Below, piece after piece: positions 15,418 through 28,410 of a DNA stretch of 64,000 bases. The DNA comes from Chrysomallon squamiferum. Lineage: Eukaryota > Animalia > Mollusca. Each line of letters starts with the position of its first letter. The stretch's first letter is position 1. A model generated the notes under the pieces. That model had not been told where the DNA came from. It saw only the letters and a program-made list of their open reading frames with translations, and ran no database searches. The position numbers were made by a program, and so were the translations under genes. The stretch spans positions 27,962,001 to 28,026,000 of the forward strand of contig CM022665.1 of NCBI GenBank assembly GCA_012295275.1, written 5' to 3'.

Positions 15418-16157
15418 TTCTAATTACCACAACTCCGGAATCATTGAGGACCTTGAAATATATCTTAATATCATAATTTTTAAAATAATTATGTTTGAAA
15501 TCTGTCGAATCTCTACAAAAGCCAGTTTGGGTTTCCGTACATAAGGGCACCTTTTATAAAAATACACAACTTTGTCTTTCGTTTCTATTATCTTGTCGTT
15601 AAATAAATCATCAATTTTCTTTATTTGGTAAAATTACTTAAAACACTTACACTCAATCTTACACTCACTTGATAACTGACCTGGTCAAGTTCAATTTGTT
15701 CAACGAGGCTGTACTCACACTTTTGGACGGCAGTGACAGTAACATTTAACGAACTATGCGGCCAGACGAGTTTAGGGAGCCATTACTGATAAAATCATGT
15801 CTCGATCAAACTGGACGTTTACACGAGAATGGCAGGCTGATGAAACGAGACTAATGAAAAACTGCTTATAAAGGTTGTTGTGTCCTTTTGCCCTCAACAT
15901 GGATTCTCTCCTAACTTGAAAACTAAACTAATGGCGAAATAAATGTTTTGGAGAAAGTTAGATATTTGCTTTTTTCATGTGGAACACTTATTGTAAAAAT
16001 GCCTACCAACGTGCACTATTTTCATGTATAAAATGTATTAAACACAGGCATATATCAGCCTAATCTAGAAACTGAATCTTTTCTTTTTCTTTTTGGTCAG
16101 TTTCGAAGTATGGCTTATACAGTCCTTAACAACCTACTGTGGATAAATGAGATATTT

Positions 16158-16216
<59 letters not shown>

Positions 16217-16221
16217 CGTGT

Positions 16222-16294
<73 letters not shown>

Positions 16295-17516
16295 TTAGTG
16301 AACAGAAAACTATACATATTCTTCTTCTTGGTGTTTTTAAGAAAATGCTCTTCTCTTCTGCTTTCAGTTCAACCCAGCAGTGCCCATATCCCCTGATACA
16401 GCTGGTTACAAGAAAAATCCTACGCTAGAAGACAAGATCCACTGCATCGCCTTTGTCATAGACGGGTGTACAGTCGATGTGTTCCCCGAAAAAATACTAC
16501 AGAACATCAAATCTGTACAACTCAGAGCCAATCAGAGAGGTAAACTTTACAGTTATTTAACGTTCCCAGTTATAATTTCATTATTTATGTACATGGTATA
16601 TTAATTTCGGTTGATCTATACATCTGTATATGCATGACAAGATGAATTATTTATATTTTTAGGTAGTAATAATTAACTACTAGTATAACACCGATTTTCT
16701 GACACCCTCAGTACAAAACATTCCCAGCTTAAACATTTTGGCGAGCTACAAACAGTATAAAATAGGTTGATATCTCTTACAAATATCATGTATATAATAT
16801 ATATTGCATTATAATAATAGTGCTTAAGACACAGGCTTGTTTCAGGATGTTGTTGTTAAACATATTAAAAGAACTTTTGCATCATAATTATAAAATGATT
16901 GTAGTCTCCAAGGTGTAATGAATGTTTTGCAGTTCACGAACTGATTTTTAATGGACGATAAAGAAATTAATAAAACAACATTTTACCGTGAAAGTATTTG
17001 ATCTGCCTATAAGCAGCGTCACTTGTATGTTTAGTGTGCTTAGCCGCCAAAATCGGTGTCTAAAATAGCAAACCAGTGATTAATAACAACTGTAGTTTTA
17101 TACATTTTAATTAACTATGAACGTATATGCATGAATATATATATGTGTGTGTGTATGGGTGTATGTATGTGTGTATGATGATAAATTGTGAAAGTTTTTC
17201 TTTGTGTTCAGGTATTCCTCAAGTTGTCCTTCTCACAAAAGTGGACAAGGTGTGCCAGCTGGTGGAGAACAATCTGTCCCAGGTTTTCCACAGTCCTACA
17301 GTCGGCGAACTTGTGGACCAGGTGGCGCAGCTGGTCGGCTTGCCACGAGCACACGTACTTCCGGTTAAGAACTATGAGAAAGAAATGGATTTGGATCAAA
17401 GCGTGGATATTCCTGCTCTGCTGGGTTTGAGACAGATGCTGAGGTTTGCCGACGATTATCTCTACAATTCCCTGGACCAGAGATGTTCTCTCTACTGTGT
17501 AAGATACTGCAACTGA
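2245..17516 (+). CDS. IFI44L: Interferon-induced protein 44-like protein, copy A (N-terminal TLDc domain + C-terminal P-loop GTPase), ~485 aa, 7 coding exons
   Basis: Phase-consistent GT-AG exons: 2245-2770 (TLDc: LIYQASRDGCSAQSFHKKCDNKGPTLVV...VFGGYTS...YGPIFGAGHDL...EIEVYRV), 5014-5076 (63-nt linker, less certain), 9683-9738 (PWRKLP linker), 14205-14393 (NILLIGAVGAGKSSYFNS, G1), 15117-15263 (RLCDTRGLEE, G3), 16368-16539 (DKIHCIAFVIDG), 17212-17516 (PQVVLLTKVD, G4; TGA stop). TLDc+GTPase is the IFI44-family architecture. The symbol indicates family, not 1:1 orthology. Confidence 0.92.
10788..11130. repeat. Degenerate ~36-bp minisatellite (~9 units) in an intron of IFI44-like copy A
   Basis: Recurring AATTGTTCTTAACGTCATC core at ~33-36 bp spacing. 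Confidence 0.7.
16680..17068. mobile_element. Possible degenerate TIR element in the last intron of IFI44-like copy A
   Basis: Inverted pair CTAGTATAACACCGATTTT / AAAATCGGTGTCTAAAATAG with an 11-bp perfect core. No TSD identified. Confidence 0.3.
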
Positions 17517-18483
17517 CATACAGCGTAATGAATCTCAAGAAGAAGAAGAAAAAATACAGTAACTGTAAAATGTGTTCTTTGTATTATAACTAATACAGAA
17601 CAAAAAGCGTTTACCAACATCACAAATTTGCAGAAAAAATTTGTCTTTAAAACACGTCCTCTTCATTTGATATAAAGAAGAACAAATACTTTTTTTTTTT
17701 TTTTTTAAATTTTACCATTCTTTCGAATGTCAAGAAAAAACTAATATGTGTTCCTAGCATTGTTACAATGAAGAGTAAATAGTGTTTACCAACATCACAA
17801 ATTTCTAGAAACAAAAACAAAACAAAAAAGTAAAAGAAAGAAAGAAAGAAAATGTACTTTAAAACACATATTATCTATATTACAAGATACTACAGTTAAA
17901 AGAAGTGAAGAAAAAAAATGTAAAGGAAGATTTATTCTAAAATGTGTTTCCTGTATTTTAACTAGCAATGAGCTGTTGCCATAATAAACAGGTTTCCAGA
18001 AAAACTATGGTTCAAAAAGATAACCGTTCTACTGCTAGGTGCTGCAGTTGATAAAAATGAAGAAGATTACCGTTCTTACGAACCAAGAAATTAATTCTAA
18101 AATGTGTTACCTTTAATATGGAGCATTTTGCTCTCCTCTCAAGAAAAACTAATTCGTTTTTGTTTTTACTTCAAACTCTTCAACAGTGTAACAAATACCA
18201 ACTGATTCCATATCAACATATTGCTGTAATGATGTTCACATAGGTAAAAAAAAAAAAAAATTAAATAATAATAATAATGTCTTGTATAAATAAACAAGAT
18301 CTACAAATGGATATAAGTAGAAATTCATTTAGATTATGAATACAGTAGTTTTATTTAATTTATTTCTTATTCAGTAGTCTTATTTAATATGCACACAGGA
18401 AAACAAAATTGTGTTTTAATATCAAATTTGTTTTTAAAATCCCAGTAATTTATTAAGTATTAAATTTGATATATAGGCTACTT

Positions 18484-18568
<85 letters not shown>

Positions 18569-18920
18569 GGAAGGTTTTTATGTTGTTTTTTTCCTCCAAA
18601 TGGTTCAAACAATATCAATTAAAAACGAAACAAAAACAAAAAATCAGTCTCGAAATGGAAGAGAAATGATAATATTTTAACAAGAGCATTCGGGAAAATT
18701 TTTATTATTTAAAATTCCTACATGCTTTAAACAACAGCTGTTATCATGTCTTGTATATACGTTTAGATAATATATCTCAAAAAAGCATATATATATTTTT
18801 ACCTTTATCATCAACATCTAAGAAATGGAAGATAAAATGTCTTTCTTGACATGGAAGGGAAGCAATCCTAACACATGAGGATAAATTAATTATTTAAAAG
18901 CCTTTCATTTCATTTCTTCT

Positions 18921-18963
<43 letters not shown>

Positions 18964-19064
18964 CTTCAATAAGTTAATTGGTAACATTACCTGTATATAC
19001 ATTTGGAGGATGTATCTTTAAAAGAAATATATATGTATGTTTTTGTTCAGTATTCTACTAGCAA

Positions 19065-19630
19065 TACGTCCGTCATATTCATAATCATGACATTATTTCA
19101 CTGTTGTTTTCGTTCCATTCTCGTTCGTCATGTCTTTTTACGTAGTAAATTCGTATCCAACTGATACACTTGTTGGTCCGTCGTGTTTCCTCAGACCATT
19201 GTAATTCCGTCATTTTAGTTCATTGTTGTGTTTATAGTCATTCCGTGTACATTTAATAGTTTAGTCATTTCATTTCATTATCGTTTTCACAGTCATTCCA
19301 TATGCTGCGTCAGTGATTCATCACGTCGGGTCATAGTCATTCTGTACGTATCCAGTTGATTGGTCCATGGTGTTTTCAAAGACCAACATTAATGTTCCCA
19401 TTCATTTTTTCATTTCAGTATACTATTCTATATCTGTTCATTGTTGTTGTTTTTATAGGCCATGGGTTGTACCATGTTATTCAGCTGATTCGTTGTCAAA
19501 ACATTGTCGTAATCATAGTTCATAGACATTCTATGCGCATTCAAATGATTCACTTTTCCAATTCATTGTCTGTGGATATCTCGTGTGTAAGACCTGTTGA
19601 TTCGTCATGTCAGCCATATCGTCATTGTTA
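19065..19630. repeat. Highly degenerate tandem repeat between the IFI44-like paralogs
   Basis: Recurring CATAGTCATTC, GTATCCA(A/G)(C/T)TGAT and TTCATTGTTG motifs. Confidence 0.5.
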
Positions 19631-19667
19631 AACTTTTGTCTTTATTCACCGATTCAACAACATTTGT

Positions 19668-19730
19668 TTAGTAGTCAGATGGTCTTTAAACTGATAGGAT
19701 CCGAGTTTGAGTCCCGGCACATCCTACTAC
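19668..19730 (+). mobile_element. Possible tRNA-derived SINE head fragment
   Basis: Box-B-like GAGTTTGAGTCCCGG at ~19703-19717, preceded by a tRNA-like arm. No complete cloverleaf. Confidence 0.25.
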
Positions 19731-21456
19731 AAGGTAACAGGGATTAGGTTTGGATATTTAGTAGATGTGATTACTCCTCAAGTGATTGACTGAATTATGT
19801 TTGTTCAGACCTGAAATTCAGCAAATATTCTGAACCAGAATACAACTGTTGGGAAGTTTAATTTCCATTAACTTTAAGTAAGAAAGTGTTTGTATTTTAA
19901 CTTTGATATTAAACTATCTTTATATCGATATTGACGTACATATGTGCGTAATGCGTACATACAAACATACATTACCTTCGCACATACATACATACATACA
20001 TACATATATAATACATCTACAATCATAAGCTCAGAAAATATTAATCAAATTATACGAAACTACATTATTATGATTACACTGAGAACAAATACAAATGATG
20101 TATTTCCTGCGATGTTCTTATGCTGCAGGTCGGCCTTTTCAGCCCTTCATCAGATTCATTTCTCATGAATTTATCATCAGTCATAAATCAAGTATTTACC
20201 TGCAATATTTTTTTTCTTTGTGCACAATATCTTAAGACGTTTTGGAAATACTGAATGCATGTCCGAATTTTAAACATAAATTATATTCAGTATGTAAAAA
20301 TGACTTTATATTGTTATGTTTTTACTGCGAAGTGCTATGTTTAATTAGAATTATAGGATTATATCTATTACTGTTTTCCCTTTAAATGCATATATGTATG
20401 TATATGCATATGTATATGTATATGTATATATATATTACATAATAATGAATCTCTAATTCCATTACTGTTTGTACCAACACCTTCTGTCATCACAATGGAG
20501 TCGTTTCAGTTTTGTGTTTTAACTGTATATAATTTTTTTTTTTTTTTTTTTTTTATAAACCATATATTTTCACAGTTATACTCTAAAAAAAAAACACCAA
20601 AAAACATTACACTGAATCAGACATTAATGTTATTGTGATTGTTTCTTTGTAAAAGCACAAGCTGAAAATTATTGTTTATTATTTTATTGTGTTTGTTTTT
20701 TTTTTTTTTCATTTATTTATTTTTATTTTTTTTATTTCATTTTTTTAATTTGTATTTTATTATTTTAATTTTAATTTTAATGAAACAGAATAAATAGTTT
20801 GGGATCTGATATGTAGGCCTATATTTCTTTTCTTTTTTTAATTTATACATTTTTAGGGGTTGGTTGGTGATTCTAACAGAAGAAGAAGAAAATAACATTT
20901 TATATGCGATATTTGCTCAAACATTTGTACGTTGATGTTTCTGTTTGCTTAGGGGGTTGCGGTTTTTGGGGGGGTAGTTTGTGGGAGGGGTGTTTTTTTT
21001 ATTATAATATACTTTTATTATTATTATTTTTTTTTTTTCCTCTTGTTCCTTTTTGTGTTTCTTTTCTTGGTCATTCAGATTTACGTTTTAATTTCCTATG
21101 TCAATATTTCAAAATTTGTAACTAATAAGCATGTAAACTTCTCTTAAAACAAAATACCAATACTCTTACAATTATTATTATTATTATTAATTTTGTTCCT
21201 ACTACTAATACCACCAGTTTTATTACTAAGTTTTTTTTTTATGTTTGTTTGTTTTTTTTGATTTTTATCTATTTACTTACTTCTCTTTTGGAGGACTTCT
21301 GGATGTCTTTTGTTTTGTATTTTTCCTAAACACAATAATTTGAACTACCATCAAACACAGAAATTACTTTGAAACAATGAACTCCATTAGAACTATTGTT
21401 TTTGTAATATGTATCAATATGTATTTAATATATATATTATATATATATATGTAGCA

Positions 21457-21498
<42 letters not shown>

Positions 21499-22236
21499 GC
21501 CCGTAATGGAGTGAACCCGACTGATAATCGGCCACCGTCCATCAACGGAATGTTACGACAGGTCACGAGACGACCTATTTCTGAACGTAATCGTCTGGCC
21601 GCTTTCACAGCTCCACCTATTTCTTACGAAACATATTACTAACAAAATAAACTTTACTAAATTCAACAAACTACTTCAATACTGGTATTATTATTATTAT
21701 CATTATGATGATTATTTTTGAAAATTTTAAGTATTTAAAAGAGGTGAGCTTTTGTTTCTTACCCACCCACCCCCAAAAACAAATTCCATTTGACCCATTG
21801 GAAACGAAATCATTTTACTACGGGTTGTAATAATTATATACAAATTTCACTGAAAACTTGAGAGAAACGAAAATACTTCTGTAATTTAGATATAACAATG
21901 ATTTATGTCTAAATTACTTCCGCCTGTATATGCTTTTTAAGTTCATTTCTTTAATTATCATATAACAACTGATACAGTGCAATCAAATTGTTTACTTTAA
22001 AAATATATCCATATGATAGTATATCTGCAAATTATGTCGTTGTAAAATGTAAATAGACAAAATGATATTGAAAAATTTCAGTGAGAAACGGTGTTATTGC
22101 TTTATAAAACTACTTGTCTCAGGGAAGTTTCTCGATATTTAAGGGCAGATTATATATTACTGTTGATTGTTTTGTCTTCGAAATAAAATATATATATATA
22201 TTAGGCTTTACAGGGTCAAGCGGGTAATCTGACTTG

Positions 22237-22270
<34 letters not shown>

Positions 22271-22637
22271 ATTTGATTTATATAATTTATAATTTTCCGC
22301 AGTATTTTAAATATAGTTTATAAATGTCAAAAGCTCTGAATTTTTATCTGTTTCGAAATTTAAAAGAGTGAAATGGTTTTGAAAGTTTTAACCTTATTAT
22401 TGAATATAATTTTCTACTTCTTATTTATTTTTGCAGTGTGCAGACGTAATCCTCGAAAGTAACAATTTAAAAAAAATATATATACTGCGTTATGCTCATA
22501 GTTATGACAATGTGTACTGTTGTTGTGATTAGTGCTACCATTTCTTATACACAAAAAAAAAAAAAAAAACTGCTACTGAAATAGCAGAGATCCCAAACCA
22601 ATTACAATATTTTAAGTCATTATTTTCTATTTTTCTT

Positions 22638-22668
<31 letters not shown>

Positions 22669-22965
22669 CTAAATCAATAACAGTGGATGTATAGACACTA
22701 GGGTTATGCTTACATCAGGAAACATATCAAAAATATATATATATATAAACTACATGTTTGTATGTTACCTACTTATGGAAATTGACAAATTCTGTCACAT
22801 AACCATGTAATCTAGAAACAAAACTGAATATCGAATTTTTTGTTCCATCCACGAAATGTTAAGCACCAGCCACAGTTTTAGATTACTCACGCACGCCGGA
22901 TATGTCTGTTCTTGCGAATAATAAATTATTATTTGCTTATCTAGGTACACGAAGAATGTTTTTTT

Positions 22966-23011
<46 letters not shown>

Positions 23012-24380
23012 TATGTATATGTCATATACATATCGTTAAAAATAATTAAAAATATTTTAAAAAACAAAAAAAACAAAAAACATAATAATAATTATAAAAC
23101 TGCCTTAAAAGTTTCTTTAAAACACATTAATGAATGATACTGACTTTTGGAATAGATCAATTTTTTATTATTATTAATTTTTTTATGTTTATTTTTTTTT
23201 TTTTTTATTTTCTTTTTCTTTTTATTTATTTATTGTTTTGGTTTAATTGGGATTTTTTATTATTTATTTATTTATTATTTATTTATTTATTGTATTTGTT
23301 AATATATAAATCAATTTGACTTTCAAAAAAGTATATTTGACAAATATTTTGACAATATATATCAAAATTGATGTATATGATGTTGTTTATTTTATTATAA
23401 ATAGAAAAAAAAAAACTATTGTGTGAAAAACAATGTTAGTTACATATACATGTATAAACATAGTTCTTGTTATTTATGTTTGTGTTTTGTAATTCATAAT
23501 TCATTAGTTTATGCTTTCTATAACTTAGACAGGTATGGTTCTGAAATCCTTCTAGGATGTTACAAGGGCAAAGCGTATTCTTTACCCTAATCCTTTTAAA
23601 AATAAAAATAATATTATTCTTACTTATACCTTTATTACTATTCAAGGTGGGTGGGGTTTTTGAGGGGGGTTCTGGAATGGCGATTCGGTTTGGGGAGTTA
23701 ATGAGAAAGGGAAAAAAGACTGGTTGTAAGGCTTAACTGAATCGAGGCTTTCCTACTTACAAGACCATGCCCGTTTTCATGACTAAACTAGAAATGTTTT
23801 TACCCACCCCCGTTCTCTTAACTATGAGATTATTGTGAATGTTGTGCAAATGTAAGAATCTGTAGCTTTAAAGCTATTTAAAACAGACCCCTAACTAAAC
23901 TAAATCAAAATTAAACGATTTCAAGGGTCTCGTGATTAATCAAGAAGCTAAATGAAAAATCCTCATTAAACCGAACACCCCTCTAAACCAAACTTTTACC
24001 TCAGTACCGACAGTATTTGGTTTTGACAAGTTTCTCTGTACTAGAAATGTAAGAACATTCTTGTGTTTAAATACAAATCACTTTAGTCAGAATTTACCTG
24101 TCACCTTTCTACAGTTCTGTTATAAGATGATAAAATATTTTGTTTAATACTCCAGTACTGCCATCTTAACTTTGTTAGTTACGTACACGAGAAACTTTAG
24201 ATCTCTGTGTGAAAATAAACTATTTCTTTCTCTTAATATGTGTCGCTGTTTGTTTTTTTTTTTGTTTTTTTTTGTTTGTTTGTTTTTTCATGTTTGCTCT
24301 GTATACGAACGTACGCAAAGTATTATGTATAAACGTGAATGTATATGTAATTTATTGTGTGTTTCTCTGTGTTTGTGTGC

Positions 24381-24411
<31 letters not shown>

Positions 24412-24813
24412 GGTGTGTGAGTGCCCACGCGCTCTAACATTATTGTCCGAGTTCATAAATAACAACTATATTACACGGTTCGAAGATCAGGACGTTGATG
24501 TAAAATGTCAGTGGAGCAAGACTAACAGCAGTCTGGATGCTATATTTATCATTCTTCTACTGCTTTAAAAAAGAGACTAAATATTATACATTTTACAATC
24601 CTTAAATCAGCGTTTGATAAGATGATAGTGATAATAACGCACGGTACATAAGTAATACGTTACATAAAACATCGCGTAATTAATATCTTATATCAAATTC
24701 ATAGTGTGAGACACAATAGTTTTTTGACTATGTATGTTTGTTTAAGGACACCGCAGCACAAGATCCTCGTATAATTATAATTATATATAAAACCCTACCC
24801 CTAACACTATAAC

Positions 24814-24895
<82 letters not shown>

Positions 24896-25453
24896 ATTAA
24901 TGCCCTCTAGCACTTACAGGTATGGAGAACATGATCGACGTCCAATTTATAAAGAGCCTATGATCAGAACTGGGATCAGGGATGGGTGACCAGAGAGGGG
25001 GGAAAGGGGGTCTAGCCTTTACAAACAGGCAGTAATCATTTTGTATTTTAAAAGTACAGAACTGTGAGTGAAGTTTCTCCTAAACTGTAATCATTTTTGT
25101 ATTTTAAACTTGTATTTTAAAAATAGATAATCATAATTATTCTCCCAAACTAATTTTTAACTGTATTTTAAAAATATATATATGCATCATTATTCTCCCA
25201 AACTAATCCCCCAATATATATATATATATATTATAATAATAATAATAAAAAAAATACAAATTAATACCTGATATAATAACGTCTCGTAATTAAACTGCTG
25301 CATACTAACGTCACGTAATAATAATAGAATTAACGTAATATAAACTATATATCAAACAACAAATCGTATACAAAACATCGATTACTGTTAAGACTATTCT
25401 ATTACAACATATATAATAATATAGTTACACAAATATTGAGAACTAGTAGCATA

Positions 25454-25498
<45 letters not shown>

Positions 25499-25552
25499 CT
25501 TCTTTTGCACACATTGAAGACAATGATCAGGCTATTTATAGAGATTACATAA

Positions 25553-25731
25553 CCACGTCCACGTGACCATTTTCTGGGAAGTCCGTGTTAGTCTTCTAAT
25601 AGTATTTCCAGCTATAATAGCAAGAAACATCGAAATCAGTGGGTTAGTTTTGTCAGTCTATAAACATTTTTACTCTAGCTTGAATTAATACAACTATTAA
25701 TACATATCCGAAACATTATATAGTAAGAGAG
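25553..25731 (+). promoter_or_regulatory. Putative promoter and non-coding exon 1 of IFI44-like copy B
   Basis: CACGTGAC E-box at ~25560, kappaB-like GGGAAGTCC at 25576-25584, TATAAA at ~25659, and a donor AG|GTAACT at 25731 upstream of the acceptor at ~26104. Confidence 0.35.
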
Positions 25732-26140
25732 GTAACTATAAATGTTTGCTGTTGTCTATTTTAAATGTGTTTTATAATGTGATCGCCAATTTCAAACAGA
25801 ACTTTCCAAGGTATGCGGAAATATTTATTTGTATTTTACTGTTCTTGAGTTTAATGGCGGATTATGTCACTTTTATCAATATTCGTGGTATTCCGAGAAT
25901 AGTACATGTATTTTTCAAATAACAGAATTACTTCTTTTACTCTGTGTACCTAATAATTTACTTTCTAGTTAATAACATAATGCATCATTATCTGTTTTGT
26001 TTTCTTACTTTATTCTAAAAATAGATATGCGTCATTATTTTGGTAATACAAAACAAAACACAACAAATCAGAAACTTTTGTATATTTGTTATTTGTTTAT
26101 TCAGTTACAGCTGAACTTCACATACGGTAAAAAGAAAAAT

Positions 26141-27519
26141 ATGGCTGAGGATACAAAATCGGCACCCCCTGAAACCGTTGAAAATGTTACAGAGAAAGAT
26201 GTTTCCAAAGTTACTGGTATGTACTGAGAGTCTATGTATGTATATCGAGAAGTACAGATGCCAAGCCATTTGCCCAGCAAACTTGGGATTGGAGGTGTTC
26301 CACGTTTCAATATAAAATAAACAATGAAGAGTAAAAATGAAACCATATTGAACAGACAGACCAGATATTAGAACAAGCATTATTACTTTCTTACTAATTT
26401 ACCTATTCAGTTTTATTTACTTATCTGCGAAATAATGTCTGTAGTTGTTTTTAAAGTACTACTGTTCTTTGTTTTATTACTGACACCAATCTAATCACTT
26501 AATTTTATTTCTTTCTTTCTTTTTTGAAATATATATGTGTGTGTGTATGTGTGTGTGTGTGTGTGCTTTTTTTGTTTGTTTTTTCCAGGAAAACCTTGGC
26601 GGACACTTCCTCGACTTAGTGCAAAGGTGAAATGTATTATTGTTTCATTCATGCCATATATATATATATATATATATAAGGCGTTTGTAAGCAATGTAAA
26701 ACAATAAATCGAAATAAACTAAGATTTTATACCTAATATTTAAAAAGTAATAAAAATACAAAAAAAAAAAAAGTAAGTAAAAACTTACTTCCTGAAATAT
26801 ATATACAGATAATAATTACACGAAAAGTATCAGATAATCCTTTGTGACAAATCCGTTTCTGTCCTTCTTATCGGGTTTGTGGTTTAACAAGGTGTCAGTG
26901 TAAATAACAATAGTGGACAAGAATACATCTTCATGAAATATCACACATAACATATTATAAATTATTTGTATCATCTCTAGAACTAAGATCAATTCAGAAT
27001 TTCACTTACTTACAAGTTTGTGATTAGCTTTTCATCATCGGGGTCATTTTCGTTCACATTTTCAGTACAATACATTTTTAATGACTGTCGATTTAAGTAT
27101 ATTGCAGGCTTTTCTGTTTTAATGTATTAAAGATGAAGATAATTTTTTATTCTCATAAACTTTATGAAATTATGATGATATTATATACTTTTAAATACAC
27201 ATAGCTTTATATGAGCACTATAAATCTTTCTCTTTTACAAACAGTTAATTGCAGTTATCACTTATGATGATCAATGTTTAGTTTAATGTTTTTAATGTTT
27301 ATCTTACAAATAGGTAATGTTTTATGTATTTTATTTTTTCTAATAAGCATTCCTTGACTAGGTGAATTTTTTTTTTAAGTATTGTAACATTTTTGTAATG
27401 TGTTGTCATTTCACACATTCGCATGCATGCACGCACGCATATACACGCAAAGTTGATCAAAGCAATCTCACCGTTAATGAAAAAGTGTAACAAGTTGGCT
27501 ATCATTTATTAAAATTAAA

Positions 27520-27564
<45 letters not shown>

Positions 27565-27806
27565 AGGATCTGCAAGCAGAAATAGAAAATTATTGTCCAT
27601 TGGAAGGTTCTAGTGTAACCTATGTGAACATCTTGCTCATTGGATCTGTAGGTTCTGGCAAATCGAGTTACTTCAATACTATGAACTCGATATTCCGAGG
27701 TCATGTGACTGGCCAAGCCTGCAGTGGCAGTGCCGAACATAGTTTGACTACTGTGGTAATATTATTTTCTATTTTTGTTTGTTTCCTTTTATCATCTAAT
27801 AATAAA

Positions 27807-27844
<38 letters not shown>

Positions 27845-28364
27845 AGCTGTGGGTTTAGAGGGGGTGCTTAACATTTCACTCAATACTCACCTATTCTGTT
27901 TTATTTTTACATAATCTTGATTTCAGTTTTTAGTTTCATGTTTGTGATTTTTCTTCTTCTTCTCCATTGTTTTTTTTTTTTTTTTTTTTTTAAGTTTCGA
28001 AGGTACAAGATTCGATCCACGGAGACCAAGTTTCCACTCAAATTTCGTCTGTGTGATACTCGTGGCCTTGAAGAGGATCATGGGATGAATTTGGCTGATG
28101 TAGTGGCAATCTTAGATGGACATGTTCCTGATCGATATCAGGTTGGTATTTAAAAATAATTATAATTTTTGTTTTCGTGTTTCTATGTGTTTGTGTGTGG
28201 GTGGGTGTGTGCGTACGTTGGCTATCCCGGATTTACCAATTCAGCTTTCGTTTGTTTTTATTTTTCCTTCAACAGCAGCGCGCACTAACAACAGTACTGA
28301 ACTATTAAAGCGAAAGCCATCCAAAAACTTTTCCAAATTCATGCGTTTTCTTTTTTCTTTCTTT

Positions 28365-28410
<46 letters not shown>

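Noticed and set aside
15670-15860. Possible LINE 3'-end fragment (VLTLLDGS...LDQTGRL)
   Set aside because: The resemblance is too weak and is interrupted by stops.
19668-19730. tRNA gene
   Set aside because: Only a box-B-like motif is present; I could not form an acceptor stem or cloverleaf.
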